From the human T2T-CHM13v2.0 reference genome, Homo sapiens: a DNA stretch of 64,000 nucleotides. Under the pieces are notes generated by a model that was not told the DNA's origin, searched no databases, and saw only the letters and a list, made by a program, of their open reading frames with translations. The stretch is taken from the NCBI RefSeq assembly GCF_009914755.1, contig NC_060928.1, one strand, 5' to 3'. Of this stretch, positions 1 through 12,664 are shown one piece after another; position 1 is the first letter of the stretch; each line of letters opens with the position of its first letter. The translations under genes and the position numbers were made by a program.

Positions 1-1048
1 CCTTTAGTTCCCATTTCCTATAATCTCTTAGTGATCTTTATAATACCGTTGTGTTCTAATGAATAAATTTTGATTTTTATGAGTATATGCAATCTTCAAT
101 ATTTTCTTGCACATAAGTTATCTGGATTCAATTCTGTAAGGTTTTACCCTCAAGTTTTCTATCTCTTCTATGATACTCCTTTTATACAACAATATATTGC
201 TTCCATTATGCCATACATTTTCCGCAAAGTTTACATACACATTATTTTTATGAGGTGGACATCTAAAATTTAAAGTACAACTCCACATTGGACATGTTGG
301 AACAAAAAAATATGTACTACTCTTTAAAAATAATTCCACATTTCTTCACAGCTACAAATTTCCTCCATGAAGAGATATTTAGATTATTTGTTGCTTTTGT
401 CCATTTTGTTGGAACATATATACACATTTAAAGTCACATAAGACTTCTTGCTATGACTGAGGAGACTGACAAATACTCTCCCTAAAAAGCAATTATACAC
501 TGAAGCAAAATTGACCGAAAATACCACTCCATTGCTCTGCAATTTAAGCGAGGCATAGAAAAACTGAAAAAGTCTTTACACTTGAAAAAATGCTAAACTT
601 AAAAAAAGCAGTGTGAGTCTGCATCATTCTGGCTGGTGCTCCTCCTATTCTTCCCCAAGTCAGTGTGATTCTAATGTCAGAACTCAAAAGATGGAGAATC
701 AGCAACCTTTGTATGTGGAGTGTTGGGTAATAGCCACACCCTTCAGTATTACTGGTGGAAATGGCTTCCTGAAGGCAGGCAAACACGTTAGAACCAGCTG
801 CTTGGCTCTACGAGCCTTAGGTAGTGGATGTGATTAGGACAAACATTTCTGGCCGAGGTTGTGCTTGCATCCAAGAGACACTGACGAAGGCAAAAGATAT
901 TCAAACATTCCTGGTTGACACTGACTGCATGTATATGCATAGGAAACTTAAAAGAGAGCATAGAAAAGTTAATTTGGTGCATCTTGGAAAGGACCTGAAC
1001 ATTGAATGTGTTGAATGTGTTTTCCTTCTCCCCCAACACACGCACAGG

Positions 1049-1051
<3 letters not shown>

Positions 1052-1083
<32 letters not shown>
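1052..1083. repeat. (AC)16 microsatellite
   Basis: Direct read. Confidence 0.97.
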
Positions 1084-1085
<2 letters not shown>

Positions 1086-2842
1086 ACTTCTCTGCAGAAG
1101 ACAGAAATCTGACTGGCCCAAAGTTTTGAGCTCAACCCATGTGTAATCATTGGAGAGACACTAAGTTACACAGATGCAGAAGTATCTCCTAGGAAGCCAA
1201 GCTAAAAATAAATAAATAAAAAATAAATAATTTTAACAATCTGAGCAGAGACATAACTGGTCATGCACCACAGTGGAGACTGATCTCACAGGTTACATCC
1301 AGGCAACTTACAAAATCAAGAATAAAGAAAGAAACAAACACCTGACAAACATCATCAGGATCAAAATATCAAGATAAAGAGTTGCTACCAAATATTATCA
1401 AAAATGTCTAGTTTTTCAATAAAATGTATGAGAGATAAAAGAGACTGGAAGCTGTAATACATTGCCAGAAATAAAAAGCAGTCAATAGATAGAAACCGTC
1501 CTTAGGTATCCATCAACCTTGGATTTAGCAGAAAAAATGACTCAGATGTGCTTTTTAAAATATGTTAAAAGAAATAATGAGAATCAGGTTAAAAATGAAA
1601 GGAAACTATGATGACAAAGAATCAACAAATAAAATTATCAATGTAATACAGGAGTCACAAAAAATGATCAAATAACAATTCTGGAATTGGAGAGTATAAC
1701 CACTGAAGTTAAAATGGCACTGTAGCTGCTCAACAGTGTATTCCAGATGACAGAAAAAAGAATCAGTGAAAAAGGTACAGCTAAAGACTTATCAAACGTG
1801 ATGGAAAATATTAATAAACAAATATAAATAGAACAAATATTAAAATAGGCATACTTAAGCACATTATGATCTATCTGTTAAAGGCCAAATACAAAGAGAA
1901 AATATTGAAAGCAACAAGAGAAAAATGACTTATCTAATAGAGTTTAGAAGGCGGTAGAATGGAATATTAAAAGTGCTAAAACAAAACAAAATATAAACCA
2001 AATACAAACTGTTCATTAAGAATTCTATATCCAGCAGCGTTATTCTTTCAATATGAGGCAGAATAAAGATATTCCAGGAAAGTAAAAACAAGGAATTTGT
2101 TGCTAACATGCCGCTTTACAGTAAATACTGAAGGAAGGTCTTCAGGATGAAAAGAAATGACACCTAAGGGTAAGTAGAATCCATAGGACGAAATAGAGAC
2201 TGTTAATGGTAACTGTTAACTAATATAAAATATCTTATAAATACGTGTTTATCAGTCTTTTCTTAACTTTAAAATGGACATCATATTATATAAAGCAATA
2301 CTAATAGCTCTGTATTTTGTTTATATAGATCTAATACTTGACAATAATGGTGCAAATAAGGGGATGGACTTACACTGTAGCAAATTGTTTATAATTTACT
2401 AGAATTATGCTAGTATTAATCTGAAGTAGAATGTATAAATTAGAATGTATATTGTAATCCCCAACGTGACTAAGAAAAAAAGTATATATGAAAAAAATCA
2501 AAGAATTAAAATAACACACAAAAATATTTAATTAGCACTAAAGAAACTAGTGAGAAAGAAACAGATGAACAAAAGAGATATACAGAAAATAAATAATAAA
2601 ATGTTAAATAAAAATATAATTACATAGGCATTAAATTAAATATAAATAGCCTAAAACCAGAGATTATAGACTGTATATAAAAGCAAAATTTCAAATACAT
2701 TTTTTCTATATATGTATATAATTTTATCGAATTATTGAACAAATACTTGTTTTGTGCTTACTATATACATATGTATAACATTTATAATAGTAAGCATAAA
2801 ACCCACTATATATAACATATATATTATTGTATAATATGTATA

Positions 2843-2844
<2 letters not shown>

Positions 2845-2885
<41 letters not shown>

Positions 2886-2915
2886 ATATAAACAAAATGT
2901 TTGTATGGTGTAGAG

Positions 2916-2946
<31 letters not shown>
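2845..2946. repeat. (AT)~19 at 2845-2883 and (TG)15 at 2917-2946
   Basis: Direct read. Confidence 0.97.
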
Positions 2947-2950
<4 letters not shown>

Positions 2951-2951
2951 C

Positions 2952-3099
2952 ACAAACAAAAATCATAATGAAACTGAAGTGCTTATATTAATATCAGGCA
3001 AAATATATATTAGATATGTGTATATATATATATCATACAAACAAAAACCATAATGAAACTGGAGTGCTTATATTAATATGAGGCAAAATATATATTAGA
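2952..3099. repeat. 63-bp direct duplication (2952-3014 / 3037-3099), period 85
   Basis: acaaacaaaaa(t/c)cataatgaaactg(a/g)agtgcttatattaatat(c/g)aggcaaaatatatattaga occurs twice with 3 mismatches. Confidence 0.92.
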
Positions 3100-3928
3100 A
3101 CAATACATTTTTCTAAGATAAACAGGTATACTTCATAATAATAAAAGGGTCAGTACCAGAATGTTATAACAATTGTAAATGTGTATATACCTAACAACAG
3201 AGTCCAAAAATGCACGGCAAAAAACCTTACAGAATTGAAGCAAGAAATAAACAAGAAAACAATTATAATTTGGTAATGTAGCACTTCACTCTCAATAACT
3301 GATAGATCAAATAGACAGAAAAGTAGCAGGGTATATTAGACTTCACATATACAGAACATTCCCAATCTAAGACTGCAGAAAACACATTGTTTCAAATGCA
3401 CGTAAGCATTCTTGAGGAAAGACTATATGGCCCCTTACAAAAGACCATGAAACATTATTTGTTAAAGTAAAAAATATTGAAATCATATAAACTTTGTTCT
3501 CTGACTACAGAAGAATTAAATTAGAAATCAAAAACAGAAATAAATCTGGAAAATTCCCATCCTCAAATACCTGGAACTTAAGCTGTGCATGTCTAAATAA
3601 CCCTTAAGTAACAGAAGAAACCACAATGGAAAACAGAATGCATTCAAAAGAAATAAAAACAGAAGTAAAACCTATGCAAATTATGAGATGCAACTTAAGT
3701 AGTTTTGGAAGAAAATGCATGTATTTAAATATCTATATCACAAAACATCAAAACTATACCTAATCCTGTACTTTTAAAAATTAGAAAAAAAAACTGAAGC
3801 TAAATAATTGAATAAAAAGTAATAAAGTTTAGAGAAACAAGCAAGAAATAATAGAAAAAATTATAGCACAAGATACCTTTAGAAAGAACATGAGAAAATA
3901 AGAAAACTAGCAATGAACAACCTGAAAA

Positions 3929-5740
3929 TGATGATTTCTTTTGCTGTGCAGAAGCTTTTTAGTTTAATTAAGTCCCATCTATTTATCTTTGTTTTTGTTG
4001 CATTTGCTTTTGTGTTCTTGGTCATGAAGTCTTTGCCTAAGCCAATGTCTAGAAGGGTTTTTCCGATGTTATCTTCTAGAGCCTTCATGGTTTTAGGTCT
4101 TAGATTTAAGTCTTTGATTCATCTTGAGTTGATTTTTGTATAAGGTGAGAGATGAGGATCCAATTTCATTCTCTGACATGTGGCTAGCCAATTATCCCAG
4201 CATCATTTGTTGAATAGGGTATCCTTTCCCAACTTTATGTTTTTGTTTGCTTTATCAAATATCAGATGGCTGTAAGTATTTGGCTTTAGTTCTGCGTTCT
4301 TTATTCTGTTTCATTGGTCTATGTGCCTATTTTTATACCAGTACCAGGTTGTTTTGGTGACTATAGTCTTATAGTACAGTTTGAAGTCAGGTAATGTGAT
4401 GTCTCCAGATTTGTTCTTTTTGCTTAGTCTTGCTTTGGCTATGTGGGCTCTTTTTTGATTCCATATTAATTTTAGAATTGTTATTTTCTAGAAATAATCA
4501 GCAGAGTTAACAGACAACCCACATAGTGGGAGAAAATCTTCACAATCTATACATCCAACAAAGGACTAATATCCAGAATCTACAAATAACTCAAACAAAT
4601 CAGCAAGACAAATAAATCCCATCAAAAAGTGGGCAAAAGACATGAATAGACAATTCTTAAAAGAGAATATACAAATGACCAACAAACATGAAAAAATGCT
4701 CAACATCACTAATGATCAGGAAAATGCAAATCAAAACCACAATGCAACATTGCCTTACTCCTGCAAGAATAGCCATAACCAAAAAATCAAAAAATAATAG
4801 ATGGTTGGTGAAAAGGGAACAGTTTTACACTGCTGGTAGGAATGTAAAGAAGTACAATCACTATGGAAAACAGTGTGGAGATTCCTTAAAGAACTAAAAG
4901 TAGATCTACCACTTGATCCGCAATCCCACTACTAGGTATCTGCCCAGAAGAAAATAAGTCCTTATTTGAAAAAGATACTTGCACACACATATGTCTAGCA
5001 GCACAATTTGCAATTGAAAAATATGGAACCAGTCCAAATGCCAATCAATCAATGAGTAGATAAGGAAATGTAATATATATATACACACACAAATATACAC
5101 ATAAATCACATATATACATAAATGGAATTTATGTATAAATATATATACATAATCACATAATCACATTTAGATATGTAAATATATACACATAATACATATA
5201 TTTAGATATGTAAATATATATACATAATACATACATTTAGATATGTAAATATATATACATAAATCACATTTAGATATGTAAGTATATATACACATATACA
5301 CACCATTGAATACTACTCAGCCATTAGATATATAAGTGTATATATATATATACACACACACACATATACATATACACACCTTTAAATACTACTCAGCTAT
5401 TAAAAGGAACAAAATAATGGCATTCACACCAACCTTGATGGAATTAGAGACTATTATTCTAAGTGAAGTAACTCAGGATGAGAAATCAAACATCGTATGT
5501 TCTCACTCATATGTGGGAGCTAAGCTTTGAGGACACAAAAGTATAAGAATGATACATTAGACGTTGCGGACTTGCGAGAAAGGGTGGGGGCAGGTGGCGA
5601 GGGATAAAAGACTACACACTGAGTACCGTGTACACTGCTTGGGTGATGGGTAGACCAAAATCACCACTAAAGAGCTTATTTATGTAACCACACACTACCT
5701 GTTCCCCAACAACCTATTAAAATAAAAAATAAAAAAAGAA
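3929..5740 (+). mobile_element. 5'-inverted (twin-primed) L1PB1/L1PB2-like element: inverted part ~3929-4490, sense part ~4491-5740
   Basis: Minus-strand ORF 3879-4088 is L1 ORF2 ([23 protein letters not shown]...[14 protein letters not shown]). The plus part resumes at gaaataatcagcagag and ends in an L1PB-type 3' UTR with an A-rich tail. Confidence 0.9.
5070..5400. repeat. TA/CA-rich minisatellite expansion inside the L1PB 3' region
   Basis: atttagatatgtaa(a/g)tatata four times at ~33-35 bp spacing; aatactactcagc duplicated at ~5309 and ~5384. Confidence 0.85.
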
Positions 5741-6309
5741 AACAAAGAAATTAAACAATTATATTTTAAAACAAATATAAAAATAACACTTAACAAAGTA
5801 GTTAAACACTTGTGCACTGACAACTACAAATATTGCTTGGGAAATCAAAGAAGTTTTAATTAAATGGGGAGAGAACATGTGTTCATGTATTAAAAGAGTC
5901 AATATTGCCAACAGGTCAATTCCTACAAAATTAATCTATAGATTCATTGTAATTTCTATCAAAAGCTCTGCAGGCACTTTGTAAAATTGGCAGCTGATCC
6001 TAAAATGTACATACGAAAATATAAAAAACCTAATATAGTCCAAATAATTTTGGAAAACAAAGACACATTTGGAGGACTTACCACTACTCTATTTCAAAAT
6101 GTACTGTACGGCCGCAATAATCACTGTGGTATTAGTGCAAAGATAAGTACATGAGTTAATAGAATAGACTTGATATTCCAGAATTGAATCCTATTTATTG
6201 TCAATTAATTTTTGACAAAGGTGCTAAGACAACTTATTGAAAAGAACAGTGTATTCAAAAAATGCAGCTGAAACAATTGGTTAATTTTTGTCACTATGTA
6301 TAATTTTAT

Positions 6310-6540
6310 TAAATTATTGAACAAACCCTTATTGAGTGTTTACCATTCTAAATGTTTCAAAAATATTAATGCATTTTTTTCTTCATCGATAATCCCATGA
6401 ATTCCATGCTATTATTATTCTCCTTTACAAATGAGAAAACTGAGGCACAATAAAGCTAAGTAACTTGTCCAAAGTCACACAGCTAAGTGGCAGAGCTAGG
6501 ACTTGAACACTGTTCTCTTGACCCTTAGCCTCTGTACAGT
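6310..6540 (-). mobile_element. MIR SINE
   Basis: Reverse MIR core: tttacaaatgagaaaactgaggcac...taacttgtccaaagtcacacagctaagtggcagagctaggacttgaac. Confidence 0.88.
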
Positions 6541-6639
6541 AATGCACTGGGTAAATCGGTTCCCTCGCTTGGCATCCGTTCCCTCATCTGTATAAGAACA
6601 GAGAGGACTTCAAGACTTCAAATATCTACAATTTGACTG

Positions 6640-6835
6640 TTTAATATGTACTGAGCACTTTCACATATTTTCTCATCACAACAAAAATAATCTGGAGAGG
6701 AAAGCTTAGTCTCATTTTACATTGGAGCAAACTGAGGCTTTGAGAAGTAAGTTACATGCCCAAGTTTATACAGCTACAACATGAAGAAACCAGGAGGATT
6801 TGAACCTAGTCTGTCTCACTCCAGTGAACCACTCT
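6640..6835 (-). mobile_element. MIR SINE
   Basis: ctcattttacattggagcaaactgaggc...aagttacatgcccaag...ggatttgaacctagtctgtctcactccag. Confidence 0.8.
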
Positions 6836-6884
6836 ACCTTTCTGCCTCCTCTCAAAGATCTCTTTCAATGCTAATTTTGCATAA

Positions 6885-7170
6885 GTTGATTAATTCAATT
6901 ATTAAACACATATTCTGCCCTCTCTCTTTACCAGGACCTGGCTGAGTGTTGAAGGGCCATAGAATGAACTAGACAAAATACTTCTATCAAGAATAATATT
7001 ATCTGCAAACATGTCTCATCTCCCTGTGATTTCATTCATTTAGATCGAATGAAATACAACATATGAGCAGTTCAGTGACAAGGAAAGGTTCAGACCATTG
7101 TGATGGAGCTCAAAAGGACTATCTTCCCGGTGGGAAGTTGAGGGAAGGAGTCCCTGAGAAAGCAGTACTC
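6885..7170 (-). mobile_element. Degenerate L2-like fragment
   Basis: Resembles reversed L2 3' end (ttcaat...aaacacatatt...ccaggacctggctgagtgttgaagg...atgaactagaca); highly diverged. Confidence 0.45.
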
Positions 7171-7945
7171 CCTACTGGTTATTTAATGCAAAGAAAACAA
7201 ATGAACTTAGTTCATTTATTACAACACATCATACACCAAAATTAACTCAAAATGAGTCAAAGAACTGAATGTAAGGCCTACAATATATAACTTCTAGCAG
7301 AAAACATACAGGAGAACCTTTATTGATCTTGAATTGAACAAAGTGTTTTCAGATACAACAAAAGCATGGTTCATAAAAATAAATTGAAAGAAAACCTGAT
7401 ATATTGGATTTGATTAAAATTTAATACTTTTGAACTTGCATAGGAAAAGATATTCAACCTATTAGTCATTAGGAAAAATTGAAATTCTAATCACAGTAGG
7501 ATGCTAATTTCCACCCACAAGAATAGCTATTATTAAAAAAAAAAAGACAATGCCTAGTGTTTATGAGAATGTGGAGAAACTGGAACCCTCCTGCATTGCT
7601 TTTGAGATTCTAAAATGATACACTTTCTCTGGAAAACTTTTTCCAGTTTCTTAAAAAGTTACACATCTACTTATCATATGGCACAACGATTCTAGGAACC
7701 CTTGAAACGACGATTATTTTAAGGATAAGAATATGTGTTCTCGCAAATACAAGCACATAAATGTTCATAGCAACATTATGCAAATAAAACAAAACTGCAA
7801 ATAATCTCGATGTCCATCACCTGGCAAATGGATAGACAAAATATGAAATATCCTTACAATTAAATATTATTCAGCCATGAAAAGGCACAAACTACTAACA
7901 CGTTACTACAAATATGAAACCTAAAAAACATTATAAGTGAAAGAG

Positions 7946-8385
7946 ATGGATGAGCCTGGAGGACATTATTTTAAGTGAAATAAGTCAGACATGAAAAGAC
8001 AAATATCACATGTTCTAACTTATATGTGAGAGCTAAAAAAGTTGATCTCATTGAGGTAGAGAATAGAATGGTTGCCACTAAAGGTTGGGACGAATAGGGG
8101 AAAATAAGGGCTGAAGAGAGGTTGGTTAATGTATACAAAAATATGATTAGATGGAAAGAATAAGTTCTAATGTTTGATAGCACAGTAGGGTGAATATAGT
8201 TAGCAATAAGTTATTGTATATTTCAAAAAGAGAAAATTTGAAATGTTCCCAAGACAAAGAAATGATACATGTTTGAGGTGATGGGAATCCCTATTATCTT
8301 GCTTTGGTCATTACACATGTATGCATGTATCAAAATATTATATGTATGCCATAAATATGTACAACTATCATGTGTCAATAAAAGA
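7946..8385 (+). mobile_element. L1MA (L1MA4-7-like) 3' end nested in the older L1
   Basis: atggatgagcctggaggacattat...gagctaaaaaagttgatctc...tatgtacaactatcatgtgtcaataaaa; aaagag flanks both ends. Confidence 0.85.
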
Positions 8386-8499
8386 GAGAGAAATCAAAAA
8401 GAAAAAAAACCCACACAGGATATGATTTATACATATGAAAAGTCCAGAAAAGGCAAATTTATAGAAGCAGAAAGCAAATCATGGCTTCTTGGTTGAGAG

Positions 8500-9170
8500 G
8501 ATAGATCCACCACATAATCTAGCAATCCTACTGCTGGGTATATGTCCAAAAGAAAGAAAATCAGTATAACAAAAATACATCTGCCATCCCATATTTACTG
8601 CAGCACTATTAACAGTAGCCAGGATATGGAATCAACCTATGTCCATCAGCAGATGAATGGATAAAGAAAATGTGGCATATTTACACAATGGAATATTATT
8701 CAGACATAAAAAAGAATAAAGTCCTGTCATTTGTGGCAAGATAGATGGAACTAGAGGTCATTAAGTGACATAAACCAGGCACAGAAAGACAAATATCACA
8801 TATTCTCATTCATATGTGGAAGCTAAAGAAGTTGATCTCATGGAGATAGAGTTGCCCGGTAGTTATCAAGGGCTTGGAAAAGTAGGGAGAGTGAAAGACA
8901 TAAGAGAGGTTGGTTAGTAGGTACAAAATATAATTAGAAGAAATAAGATCGAGTGTTTAATAGTATAGTAGGGTAACTATAGTTAGCAATAATTTATATG
9001 TGGTTCAAAATAGCTGAAGAAAATGAATTGAAATGTTCCCAACCTAAAGAAGGGATAAATATTTGGCTTGATGTATGTCTCAATTGTCCTGGATCATAAC
9101 ACACTGTATACATGTATCAAAATATCACGTGCCTCCCAAATATGTATAACTATTATGTATCGATAAAAAA
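8500..9170 (+). mobile_element. L1MA (L1MA4-6-like) 3' end, second nested copy
   Basis: ctagcaatcctactgctgggtatatgtccaaaagaaagaaaatcag ... tatgtataactattatgtatcgataaaaaa. Confidence 0.85.
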
Positions 9171-10670
9171 TAGAGTTAGTTTAACTGGGAATGGACACAA
9201 GAGAAAATTTTGGGAGTGTAACAAATATTCTAAGTTTAGATTATGCTGATATTGACTGAAATAATTGAACATTTAAAATGTGTGAATTTAATGTTATGCA
9301 AATTTTACCTCAGTACACGTTTTCTAAAAGTCAGTTAAAGAAAACTATGCACGATGGTCACATGAAATGACTACATAGTTTAATATGTATTTTCTGTCTA
9401 GTACTGCAATAATCACCTATCTTTATATTTGCTCCTCTTATTTTTATTTTTTAATAATTTTCATCATCTCCAATATTTATGTAAGGATTTTACAATTTAC
9501 TTTCTTGATAATTATAGTAATTTATAATCTTGTTAATAATAAAATATTGAAAATTAAGGCTGTGGCATTTTTGTTAGAAACAGAAAAATGTAATTATCAA
9601 GTAAGATATTTATCTGATACCTTTTATCTTTTAAAAATAAAACTATGAAAAATATAAAATTATTCTATATAAAATATACAGGTGAAATAATTTGATATTT
9701 TAATTACAATAATTGGAAACTTAAACTCTCTAGGATTCAGTTGCTGGTTAATATTGTGCATTTTGGATAATGCACATCTAAGGAGAGGGTCAATATTTTG
9801 TAGGTGCCTTCATTATTCTGAATATGAACATTTTTTGATATAGTTGAACATATTAATTTATGTTCTTAGGTGTATACATACTCTTATTTCTATATGTTGG
9901 GTGACTAGATTTAAAAGGATTTACATAAAATTTAAGTTTGATAGGGTATGTTTTCCATTGATGAGTTCTTTAAGTTTTCAGTTATAGAAATACTGAGAGT
10001 AACAAAGCTACATAGCAATTTATTGGCAAAATTGTTGTTGCAGATTTATTGTAATCTATAGAGCAAACCTTACATAATTTTGATAAACAACTTAAAATTT
10101 ATTTTTTCATAGGTGATGTTCCAATTAATAACATTTTTGTTGATCGATTTTGCTTGTTAATTTTTAAATAATTGTATTAATGTAAACTAATTCTTAAAAT
10201 TATGTTGATAGAACACTAGAAAATTATTATTTTCTTTCTGTACTCATAATTTGTTTTAAAGTAAATTGGTAATATAAAATATGGAAAATATAAAATTAAC
10301 TTGTGATTACAGATGATCTATGAGATTTGCAGTTGATACAAGTCTTCTTCAATCCTATTTTCCACAATAGATAATTGTTATCAACATCAAGAAACTGAAA
10401 AAAAATGTTGGCACTAATAATGTGTATTTAAAGATTTTTAAACGTTTCAATAATAGACTTCATTTTTAGGTTTATAAGAAAATGGAGCAGAAAGTACAGA
10501 GTTTCCATTTGACCCTCTCCTCACTCTATACAGTTTCCTTTATTATTAACATCTTGCATTATTGGGGTACACGTGTTATGAGTGATCAGCCAATATTGAT
10601 ACACTGTTATTAATTTATGCCCCTAGTTTGTCTTAATGTTCTCTCTGTGTCATATAATTCTGTGAGGTTT

Positions 10671-11003
10671 ATTTTTTTATTTATTTTTATTTTTATTTTA
10701 TTTTATTTTTTCTTCTTGAGATGGAGTTTTGTTCTAGTCTTCCAGGCTGGAGTGCAATGGCGAGATCTCGGCTCATTGCAACCTCCCCCTCCCAAGTGCA
10801 AGCAATTCTCCTGCCTCACTGTCTTGAGTAGTTGGGACTACAGGGGCCCACTACCATGCCAGCTAATTTATTTTGTATTTTTGGTAGAGACGGGGTTTTG
10901 CCATGGTGGCCAGTCTGCTATCGAACTCCTGACCTCAGGTGATTTGCCCACCTCAGTCTCCCAAAGTGCTGGGATTAGGAGCATGAGCCACACCACGCCT
11001 GGC
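10671..11003 (-). mobile_element. AluS (Sx/Sq-like) with (TTTTA)n-type tail
   Basis: Dimeric Alu; degenerate TSD aattctgtgaggttt / aattcttctgagtttt. Confidence 0.93.
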
Positions 11004-11509
11004 TAATTCTTCTGAGTTTTGATCAGTACATGATGCCATGTATCCACCATTACAGTATCATATAGAATAATTTAATTGCACTAAAAATCTCATATGCCCC
11101 CAAAACTCACCCCTTCCCCTCCCCCTGAACCCCTGGCAACCAGTGATATTTTCACTACCTTCATAAATTTTTTTAATATTGTGTCCTTGGAATTATATTG
11201 TATGTACCCCTTTCACACTGGCTTCTTTCACTTTGCAATATGCATTTAAGTTTCCTCCCATCCTTTTTATGGCTTAATAGCTCCTTCCTTTTGTAACAAT
11301 ATTTTATTGTTTGGGTGTACCACATTTTGTTTATCCATGTGCCTACTGAAGAACATCTTGATTGTTTTCAAGTTTTGGCAATTATGAATAAAGTGACTAT
11401 AAACAGTTGTGTGCAGATTTGGGGGATGGGGCAGACATTCTCAATTCATTCAGATAAATATCAATGAGTGTGATTGCTGGATCATATGGTAAGACTGTGT
11501 TTGCTTTGT

Positions 11510-12508
11510 AAGAACAAAGATGGAGGCATCATGTTACCTGGCTTCAAACTATACTACAAGGCTACAGTAACCAAAACAGCATGGTACTGGTACCAAAACA
11601 GATATATAGACCAATGGATAAATTTGCAATTTATCCATCTGACAAAGGGCTAATATCCAGAATCTACAAAGAACTTAAATTTACAAGAAAAAACAAACAA
11701 CCCCATCAAAAAGTGGGCAAAGTACATGAACGCACACTTCTCAAAAGAAGAAGTGCAGGCAACAGACGTATGAAAAAATGCTCATCATCACTGGTCATCA
11801 GAGAAATGCAAATCGAAACCACAATGAGATACCATTTCATGCCAGTTAAAATGGCAATCATTAAAAAGTCAGGAAACAACAGATGCTGGAGAGGATGTGC
11901 AGAAATACGAACACCTTTACACTGTTGGTGGGAGTGTAAATTAGTTCACGCATTGTGGAAGACAGTGTGGTGATTCCTCAAGGATCTAGAACTAGAAATA
12001 CCATTTGACCCAGCAATCCTATTACTGGGTATATACCCAAAGGATTATAAATCATGCTGCTATCCAGACACATGCACGCATATGTTTACTGCAGCACTAT
12101 TCACAATAGCAAAGTCTTGGAACCAACCCAAATATCCATCAATAATAGACTGGATAAAGAAAATGTGGCACAGATATACCATGGAATATTATGCAGCCAT
12201 AAAAAGGGATGAGTTCATGTCCTTTGCAGGGACATGGATGAAGCTGGAAACCATCATTCTCAGCAAAATACCACAAGGACAGAAAACCAAACACCACATG
12301 TTCTCACTCATAAGTGGGAGTTGAACAATGAGAACACATGGACACAGCGAGGGGAACATCACACACTGGGGCCTGTTGCAGGGTGTGCGGCTGGGGGAGG
12401 GATAGTGTTAGGAGAAATACCTAATGTAAATGACTAGTTGATGGGTGCAGCAAACCACCATGGCACATGTATACCTATGTAACAAACCTGCACGCTGTGC
12501 ACATGTAC
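11510..12508 (+). mobile_element. 5'-truncated L1PA (L1PA5-7-like) with an internal deletion
   Basis: ORF2 C-terminal pieces ([12 protein letters not shown]...[21 protein letters not shown]; MFTAALFTIAKSWNQPK) and primate 3' UTR ending catgtacc. Confidence 0.92.
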
Positions 12509-12509
12509 C

Positions 12510-12629
12510 GAAGAAGAAGAAGAGGAAGAGGAAGAAGAGGAAGAAGAAGAAGAAGGAGAAGGAGAAGGAGAAGGAGAAGAAGAAAGAGAAGAAGAAGGAG
12601 AAGAAGAAAGAGAAGAAGAAGAGGAAGAA

Positions 12630-12664
<35 letters not shown>

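Larger units (their letters stand above)
440..9330 (+). mobile_element. Ancient LINE-1 (L1ME/L1MB8-like), near full length, fragmented by later insertions; pieces ~440-3925, 5745-6285, 7176-7945, 8390-8500, 9172-9330
   Basis: ORF1 remnants (aaaatattgaaagcaacaagagaaaa ~1900, KILKAxREK-like; agaattctatatccagc ~2020), degenerate ORF2 endonuclease region ~2620-3870, 3' ORF2 pieces, and old-L1 3' end (gaaaaggcaaatttatagaagcagaaagc ... ttatgcaaattttacctcag). The 5' boundary is the least certain part. Confidence 0.7.

Noticed and set aside
544-1150. Cluster of overlapping 60-120 aa ORFs
   Set aside because: They lie in the probable 5' region of an old L1 and cross a (CA)n tract; no recognisable domain.
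5160-5300. Regularly spaced ~14-bp repeats superficially like a CRISPR array
   Set aside because: The spacers are TA/CA-rich variants of each other, the array lies within a primate L1, and there are no cas genes.
10617-11006. 129-aa ORF, and similar ORFs at 29569-29757 and 39168-39512
   Set aside because: Typical antisense-Alu translations.
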